DNA of 64,000 bases from Rebecca billardiae RCC1528 (taxonomy: Eukaryota > Protista > Haptophyta), in assembly GCA_965240325.2 (NCBI GenBank), contig OZ251233.1, positions 1,984,001 through 2,048,000 of the forward strand, read 5' to 3'. Each line of letters opens with the position of its first letter. Within the stretch, counting starts at the first letter, position 1. Made by a program: the position numbers and the translations under genes. The notes beneath the pieces were generated by a model. That model saw only the letters and a list, made by a program, of their open reading frames with translations, was not told the origin of the DNA and did no database searches. Below are positions 56,345 through 64,000 of this stretch, in pieces.

Positions 56345-59228
56345 CCCACTGGAGGCCAGGGCTTAGCCCTGGCCGCGCCGAGCGCGGCCAGGGCTTCGCT
56401 CGCCAGCGCGAGATAGTATTGAGCTCATAGGCGATGCCGCCGCGCCGCGTGCGAGCCCTCCGTCTCGCGCTGGCTGCGGCCGCGAGCGCGTGCGGCGAGC
56501 CGTGGCGTGCGGTCGCGCACCGGCGCTGAGGTATGGTGTGCCCATCCGTGCCCTTGGCTCGTGCCCGCGCGCCCTGCTCCGCCGCTGCGGGGCGCGCGTG
56601 TGGTCGCGCCGCCTTGCTCGCTGGGCGCACCGAAAGCGCGAGCGCGCAACGAGTCACCTGTGGCGTGTCGGACCCAGCGCGTGCGCGCCTGGCGTATGGT
56701 TTGTGTTTGGCATGGCCCTGGTCACGCGCGGCGCCGGCCGTGCCCAGCGTCTGACCGCGCGCAACGCGCGCAGTACTGGTGGTGCCGGCTAGGGTCGAGC
56801 TGACCCCTCGGGGCTCGGCGGCACCCAGCCACTGGTAGGCGGCCGCGATGGGTCGACGCGTCGGATGGATGGCGGCTACACATCATGCTGGTCGCGCTCT
56901 GCCGCGTGCAGGGCGGTTGCACGGCGACAAGTGCCCCCGCGATCGTGCCGCGCTCGGGTACGAACCGGAGCAGTATGTTGCATGCGTGCCGCCCGCAGGT
57001 CGCGAGCTGGGGCGTGCTGGTCGGTGTGGCTGACGGGCGCGCTCGCGCGCGTGGCATGTGCGAGCGCGCCGCCGCCCACGCGTGCCGCCCACGCCGCGCG
57101 GCGCGCGCCGCGCGCCGCGCGCCGCGCGGCCTACGTCGCCTCGGCGCTCGCGCGGCCGGCAGCTCCGGACGGCAGCGTGACTCGGGTCCGAGTGGCTGTC
57201 GTGTGCCAGCTGCAGAGCTGGTCCTTACTAGTACACGGAGTGGGCGGCGGGTGAAGTGGTTGTAGCCGCGGTCTTGCGTCTGTGGGCGTCCGCATGCCGC
57301 GTGTCTCTTCGTACCCTGATGTACGTCATTGCCCACGGATTCTGGGGTCATATGGGCACAACGGGCTGACTGACGTCCGCTGCAACCCGTGGTGCAGGCT
57401 CGGCGTAGATGACTGTGAAGATGGCCGGTCACAAGACACACGAGCAGAAGGTATGCACACGCACCGAGGTGATGCATCGCCCCTCTTACCTTTGTGGTGG
57501 AGACCCGGAGGCGTGCGGCTGCCTGCGCATGCGCCAGAGTCGAGATGCGTAGCTCGGACGCTGCACGGGCTCGATGTGAGCGGCACTGCCTCTACTGTAC
57601 TCGTGAGCGGCTGCAAGCGCACGCACGCCTCAAGAGCCGGATGCTCGCCGCGGCTGGTTTCGGCATGTAGCGCGGGCCAACGCTCTCAACGAAGTAGGAT
57701 GGAGCCTAGAATAGCGTCAGTTGTGGCGTTGGCGCCTGCCACGGCCGCGGTGTCTGATGAACGACTGTGGGAATGATTGTAAGTGCGTGACAAGCGCTTC
57801 ACTGGAGTATGAGCTGACAGCAGCAGTTCCTGGCGAGGCTTCTATTGCACACAATCGTGCCGACCTTCACTGTCTGTGGCTCACAGCAACACTGGTCTAG
57901 TGGGTCCACGCGAGGGTGCACGCGTGGTGGGAGCAGGCTGCGCTGCTCATCATCCACACATCACAGCTGAGCACGACGCTTAGCGCGCGGAGCCGCTCGG
58001 CAGCTACCAAGTACGGGACGCTAGCCAGTGACAAGGCTGAGCCACGGCTACAGTATGCGCGTGCTGATGGCTATGATCGGCTCGGTACCCGGTGATGAAG
58101 TTCGCCAACTCCCGCCCTTCTACGGTGGCCGGCCTGAGCACAACACTGATGGTACACCACGATGCAGCGCAGTTACAGTTGTCAGCTGAACACTTTCCGA
58201 ATACCCAGTCAAGGAGCATGCAGACGGTGCTGAACTGCTGTGTATCGTCCATCTCATCATGCGCTCACGGCTTGATACCAAGACAGTGGCAGTGGCCACG
58301 ACCTACTACGCAGCTAGCTGTTTCCGTATGCCAAGATGATGGACGACTACTGCAGCTTGTTTGCCAGCCTTGAGCAGCTGGCACACGACAGCCACTCGGA
58401 CCCGAGTCACGCTGCCGTCCGGAGCTGCCGGCCGCGCGAGCGCCGAGGCGACGTAGGCCGCGCGGCGCGCGGCGCGCGGCGTGGGCGGCACGCGTGGGCG
58501 GCGGCGCGCTCGCACATGCCACGCGCGCGAGCGCGCCCGTCAGCCACACCGACCAGCACGCCTCAGCTCGCCACCTGCGGGCGGCACGCATGCAACATAC
58601 TGCTCCTGTTCGTACCCGAGCGCGGCACGATCGCGGGGGCACTTGTCGCCGTGCAACCGCCCTGCACGCGGCAGAGCGCGACCAGCATGATGTGTAGCCG
58701 CCATCCATCCGACGCGTCGACCCATCGCGGCCGCCTACCAGTGGCTGGGTGCCGCCGAGCCCCGAGGGGTCAGCTCGACCCTAGCCGGGACCACCAGTAC
58801 TGCGCGCGTTGCGCGCGGTCAGACGCTGGGTACGGCCGGCGCCGCGCGTGACCAGGGCCATGCCAAACACAAACCATACGCCATGCGCGCACGCGCTGGG
58901 TCCGACACGCCACAGGTGACTCGTTGCGCGCTCGCGCTTTCGGTGTGCCCAGCGAGCAAGGCGGCGCGACCACACGCGCGCCCCGCAGCGGCGGAGCAGG
59001 GCGCGCGGGCACGAGCCAAGGGCACGGATGGGCACACCATACCTCAGCGCCGGTGCGCGACCGCACGCCACGGCTCGCCGCACGCGCTCGCGGCCGCAGC
59101 CAGCGCGAGACGGAGCGCGCGCACGCGGCGCGGCGGCATCGCCTATGAGCTCAATACTATCTCGCGCTGGCGAGCGGAGCCCTGGCCGCGCTCGGCACGG
59201 CCAGGGCTAAGCCCTGGCCGCCAGTGGG
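56345..59228. mobile_element. Nested ~2.9-kb element with ~860-870-bp inverted arms, inserted in the left TIR of the outer element
   Basis: Arms 56345-57213 and 58374-59228 are near-identical inverted copies (a few substitutions, one ~14-nt indel). Termini are CCCACTGG...CCAGTGGG, with CGGCCG on both sides. The segment is absent from the right outer TIR. Confidence 0.75.
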
Positions 59229-61892
59229 CGGCCGGAGGGAGCACGGCCGAACTCGGACTCGTGTGAAGGTCCCTCCCACTGGGACCTTCACACGTCTCGA
59301 GGGACCTTCACACGTTCGACGAGTGAAGGTCCCTCCGCTGGCGCCGCCCGTTGGCGCTGGATGGGATGGCCGCGTGCGTGCGCGAGCGCCCGCCTCGCGT
59401 CGCGCGCCCCGCGCGCAGAGCGCGCGCTCGGCCGCGCGCGACGCGGCGAAGTCGAGGCTGACATGCCCCTGGCCCACTTCGCGCCGCGCAACGCCGCCCA
59501 CGCCCATCGCCGCTCGCACGCGCAGGCCTGCCGCGCACGGCTTGGGCTTTTCAGCACAGGCTGGCGGCGGCGCGCCGGGCCGAGGGCTCGGCCAGTGTTG
59601 TGCCCCTCGGCCAGGCCGAGACTTGGCGGAGGCGCGGGTAGTGCCATCGCCTGCCCAGATCCCGGGCCTCGCCGTCAGAGTGTGCACGCGAGGCGCGCTG
59701 TCGTGGTCGACAGGTGAGGCGCCGCGTGCTCGCCCTCGAGCGGGCAGCGGACATACCGGCAGGCGCGCGCGCACACAGCGGGGCTGTCGAGCTGCTTCCG
59801 GCTGGTTAGATCGACGGCGCATGCCCTGGCCCTGGTCTGGGAGGCGTGCGCGGGTTCGGAGGCCGGTGAACGCTCGGCGCGGACCCACGTGTCTTGCCGG
59901 GCACGGTTGCGCGACAGCTCTGCAGCCAGTCTCGAGGCTGAGTGGCATCAGAGCGCTTGCCGGCGTGCTGGCGGGCTCAGCCGCCGGGCCGATGCCCACG
60001 CCTTGGCCGGGATGCGACCGGCCTCCGCGTCCTCCGCAGCCGCCTGGAGCCGTCGACCCGCTGCCCACGGCCCGCGGCCGGCAGGCCGCTTGGCGGATGG
60101 CCAGAGGAGCAGGCGGCCGAGCCGGCTGGGCGGCAGCGAGGGTGGTGGGGATGGAGGCGGGCTCGGCGGCGGAGGCGGCGGAGGCGGGCTTGATAGCGGG
60201 CTCGGCGGCGGCGAGGATAGCAGGTTCAGTGCTGGCGATGACGGTGGGCTTGGCGGTGAGCTCGGCGGTGGCTGACGTGGCAGACTTGGCGGTGGGATCG
60301 GCTGCCGGCGGCTTGGTGGCAGCGGAGGCGGCGGCGACGGGATCGAGCTCGGCGGCGTGGTCGGAGGCGGTGCTGATGGCGGCGATGATGCTAGCGGGCT
60401 TGTTGGCGGCGATGTAGGCAGCGACGGCTGCGGGCTCAGCGGCGGGCTTTGTGGCGGCGATGTAGGCGTTGATGACGGTGGTGGGCTCAGCGGCGGGGTC
60501 GGTAGCGGCGACGGCAGCGGCAGGCTCGAGGTGGGCTTGGTGGCGGTGATGGCGGCCGGGCTCGGCTATGGACTTTGCGGCGGTGGGCTCGGGGGCGGAG
60601 TCGGTGGCGGCGAAGGTGGCGAACCCAGCGCTAGGCTTGGCGCTGGGGTGGAGGAGACGGGCTTGGTTGTCCGTGGTGGGCTTGGTGGCGGCGATTTGGC
60701 GATGATGGCTGTGAGCGGCGGAGTGGCCGTGAGCTCGGCAGAGGTGACGGTGGCTCGGGAACGGTGGCTGGCTCGGCGGCGGCTTCGGCGGCCGCGACGG
60801 AGACGGGCTGTGAGGCGGCTAGGGCGGTGGTGTGGGATGGGATTACTGCGTCACTGTTGCCCTCGGTCAGAGCTTGGCGGGGACACAGCGCGGCCAAGCT
60901 CCGGGCGTTGGCGCTGCCGCCAGGTCGGCCGCAGGCCACCCACTCGTCGGCAAAGCTTGGGCGGCAGCGATGCCCAGACATGAAGGAGGGCACTGCGGGA
61001 TCGCTGCGTCACCTCGGGAAGGCTGAGTCCATGAGAGAGATGATCGGCACTGCCCCGTCTGGTGGAGTTCGATGAGCTGACTTAGACTACTTTTGCGACC
61101 GTAGGCTGCTGCTCGGCCTTGTCAGAGTCGACATCCGACCTAGCGCCAGCGCGGCGCAGTACGTATCGATTGAGTCATTGCGCGGACCAGCAGCATGAGA
61201 CGTCATCGCGACTCGGAGTTCGTCACGTGCCACTCAACCGCGTCCGACCCGCCCCACTGCCACCTTGGGCAGGCGCCTGCAGACGATACGGCGGGCCAGC
61301 ATCATAAGCTGCGCTCCTGCTGAGTGCTGGCTGATGATGACTGCGTCAGACGACTGCGCATTGCAGCCGCAGCCATACCGTACATACGCTCTCAGCGGGA
61401 CTACGCGCGAGTTGTTCTGCCTTCTAGCGGTGCCGGCACGTGGCGCGACGATTCTGGCGTCATTATCACTTGACAACTCGACTGATCACGACGAGTGGCC
61501 CTTCTCAAGCAAGTGCAGCAGCATTAGAAGTATAGCCTACACTCGTCCGTCGTCGTCTGGTTCCCCTGAGAAGTCTTCTGGAATGCATCAGCGACATGCT
61601 CCCGCAGCCTGGTCAGTGGTCCAAGCCAGTCACATCCGGCAGCCTGACATCATCCCACATGCCGCGTGGGCAGAGAGGCGCGCTATGCCCACGCGACTGG
61701 CTTCCTAGAAGCTGCCGTGACGGAACGAGTGTCAGCAGTGGACCGCCGGCCGGTGCCGCGCGCCGCACCGCCGGGCCCAATGGCAACGAACACCCGGTGG
61801 CCGGCGGTGCGGCCCTAGGCTAGTGCGGCGGATCTATCGCGTATAGAACGACCGGCCGTGACGCGCTCTGCACCACGTACATTCAGACGCGG

Positions 61893-63532
61893 CAATGAGC
61901 AGCATGCACCACCGTCCGGCCGTCTCAGGTCGCTGTCGTCGGCAGCCAGCCGGTGCCGGGCACGGTGGCGCCGGGCGCTCGTAGCTGAAGGACCGCGATC
62001 AAGGATTGATTGCCAAGTCGTCAGCCGACGACTGGGAAGTTGAGCCTGATGCTGCCCGCTGCCGGTTCGCGGGACGAATGACGAGCAGCCTATGGCCCGT
62101 GAACCTGCTTCAGCTCCTAGAACTCTTCCAGACGTGGTGAGGATATCCCTCACGAACTCAGCCCTCTCGCGCTGACGCAGCGCGTCTTGCGGCCTGCTGC
62201 GTGCCGCGAGCTATCGGACAGCGCGGCCCGCCGGCCGCGGGCCTTGGGCGGCGGGTCGACGGCTCCAGGCGGCTGCGGAGGACGCGGGGGCCGGTCGCAT
62301 CCCGGCCAAGGCGTGGGCATCGGCTCGGCGGTTGGGCCCGTCAGCACGCCGGCAAGCGCTCTGATGCCACTCGAGACTGGCTGCCGAGCTGTCGCGCAAC
62401 CGTGCCCGGCAAGACACGTGGGTCCGCGCCGAGCGTTCACCGGCCTCCGAACCCGCGCACGCCTACCAGCCCAGGGCCAGGGCACGCGCCGTCGAGCTGC
62501 CCAGCCGCAAGCAGCTCGACAGCCCCGCTGTGTGCGCGCGCGCCTGCCGGTCCGTCTGCTGCCCGCTCGAGGGCGAGCACGCGGCGCCTCACCTGTCGAC
62601 CACGACAGCGCGCCTCGCGTGCACACTCTGATGGCGAGGCCCGGGATCTGGGCAGGCGATGGCACTACCCGCGCCTCCGCCAAGTCTCGGCCTGGCCGAG
62701 CCTGCCACAACGAGCAGCATGCACCACAGTCCGGCCGTCTCAGGTCACTGTCGTCGGCAGCCAGCATTCGCCGGGCGCGATGGCGCCGGACGCTCGCGCG
62801 CGATCAAGGATTGATTGCCATCAAGTCGTCAGCCGTCGACTGGGAAGCTGAGCCTGATGCTGCCCGCTGCCGGGTCGCGGGACGAATAACGAGCAGCCTA
62901 CGGTCCGTGAACCTGCGTTAGCTCCTAGAACGCTTTCAGACGTGGTGAGGATCTCCCTCACGACCTCAGCCCTCTCGCGCTGACGCAGCGCGTCCGCTGC
63001 CACTCTACGGCCCTGCTTCCTGCTGCGTGCCGCGAGCTCTCGGACAGCCCGGCCCGCCGGCCGCGGGCCGTGGGCAGCGGGTCGACGGCTCCAGGCGGCT
63101 GCGGAGGACGCGGAGGCCGGTCGCATCCCGGCCAAGGCGTGGGCATCGGCCCGGCGGCTGAGCCCGCCAGCACGCCGGCAAGCGCTCTGATGCCACTCAG
63201 CCTCGAGACTGGCTGCAGAGCTGTCGCGCAACCGTGCCCGGCAAGACACGTGGGTCCGCGCCGAGCGTTCACCGGCCTCCGAACCCGCGCACGCCTCCCA
63301 GACCAGGGCCAGGGCATGCGCCGTCGATCTAACCAGCCGGAAGCAGCTCGACAGCCCCGCTGTGTGCGCGCGCGCCTGCCGGTATGTCCGCTGCCCGCTC
63401 GAGGGCGAGCACGCGGCGCCTCACCTGTCGACCACGACAGCGCGCCTCGCGTGCACACTCTGACGGCGAGGCCCGGGATCTGGGCAGGCGATGGCACTAC
63501 CCGCGCCTCCGCCAAGTCTCGGCCTGGCCGAG
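61893..63532 (+). repeat. Tandem direct duplication (~810-825-nt units) overlapping the inner part of the right TIR
   Basis: Copy 1 spans 61893-62700 and copy 2 spans 62708-63532. Both start caa(t/c)gagcagcatgcaccac and end ggcctggccgag. Copy 1 is visibly more diverged from the left TIR. Confidence 0.85.
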
Positions 63533-64000
63533 GGGCACAACACCGGCCGAGCCCTCGGCCCGGCGCGCCGCCGCCAGCCTGTGCTGAAAAGCCCAAGCCG
63601 TGCGCGGCAGGCCTGCGCGTGCGAGCGGCGATGGGCGTGGGCGGCGTTGCGCGGCGCGAAGTGGGCCAGGGGCATGTCAGCCTCGACTTCGCCGCGTCGC
63701 GCGCGGCCGAGCGCGCGCTCTGCGCGCGGGGCGCGCGACGCGAGGCGGGCGCTCGCGCACGCACGCGGCCATCCCATCCAGCGCCAACGGGCGGCGCCAG
63801 CGGAGGGACTTCACTCGTCGAACGTGTGAAGGTCCCTCGAGACGTGTGAAGGTCCCAGTGGGAGGGACCTTCACACGAGTCCGAGTTCGGCCGTGCTCCC
63901 TCGGCCGAAGCCCTGGCCGGGCTCGATTTCGGTGGAGTGGCCTCGGTTGGTTCCCGTGCCCTCATCTGCTTTTTTTTGGCTTCATCCGGTTGCCACATTA

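Larger units (their letters stand above)
56303..63943. mobile_element. Non-autonomous long-TIR (foldback-type) DNA element, ~7.64 kb, with target-site duplication
   Basis: 56303-56344 is the reverse complement of 63902-63943 (1 mismatch), and the TIR continues as 59236-60088 vs 63050-63901. The element is flanked by the direct repeat CGGTTGG at 56296-56302 and 63944-63950. No intact transposase ORF recognised. Confidence 0.8.

Noticed and set aside
59260-59333. Short repeats as a possible CRISPR array (also 44231-44308)
   Set aside because: The repeats are in mixed orientation or irregularly spaced, the spacers are only 5-15 nt, the context is eukaryotic, and there are no cas genes.
59157-63998. 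ORFs of 200-400 aa inside the TIRs as a transposase
   Set aside because: No DDE, HUH or recombinase motifs seen. The ORFs simply mirror each other because of the inverted repeats.
1-64000. tRNA, rRNA or snRNA genes
   Set aside because: None recognised by eye. A covariance-model search (tRNAscan-SE/Infernal) would be needed to exclude them.

Overview
Very GC-rich eukaryotic nuclear DNA with spliceosomal GT-AG introns. Several genes carry a signal peptide plus transit-like leader, which indicates an alga with a complex red-derived plastid. A haptophyte, possibly Pavlovales, is my inference and is not verified. About 17 protein-coding genes fill positions 1-55.5 kb, many in tight head-to-head pairs: a signal-peptide Npl4 (candidate SELMA sNpl4), DUF177/YceD, a coiled-coil/LRR protein, a superoxide reductase, a filamin-repeat protein, a ~20-TM lipoxygenase fusion, CNOT1, plastid uL11, a homeodomain + 2xGAF-like factor, an STI1 protein, a staphylococcal-type nuclease, a cold-shock protein, a TRP/FLC-like membrane protein, and a single-pass receptor. 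In that receptor, two Venus-flytrap ectodomains are joined to a cytoplasmic XopQ/HopQ1-like nucleoside-hydrolase-fold domain and a degenerate second copy. The last 7.6 kb is a non-autonomous foldback-type DNA element with ~0.9 kb terminal inverted repeats and a target-site duplication, and a second long-TIR element is nested in its left TIR. Most other long ORFs in the supplied track are GC-driven antisense or shadow frames. All domain calls come from motif recognition by eye, without database searches.
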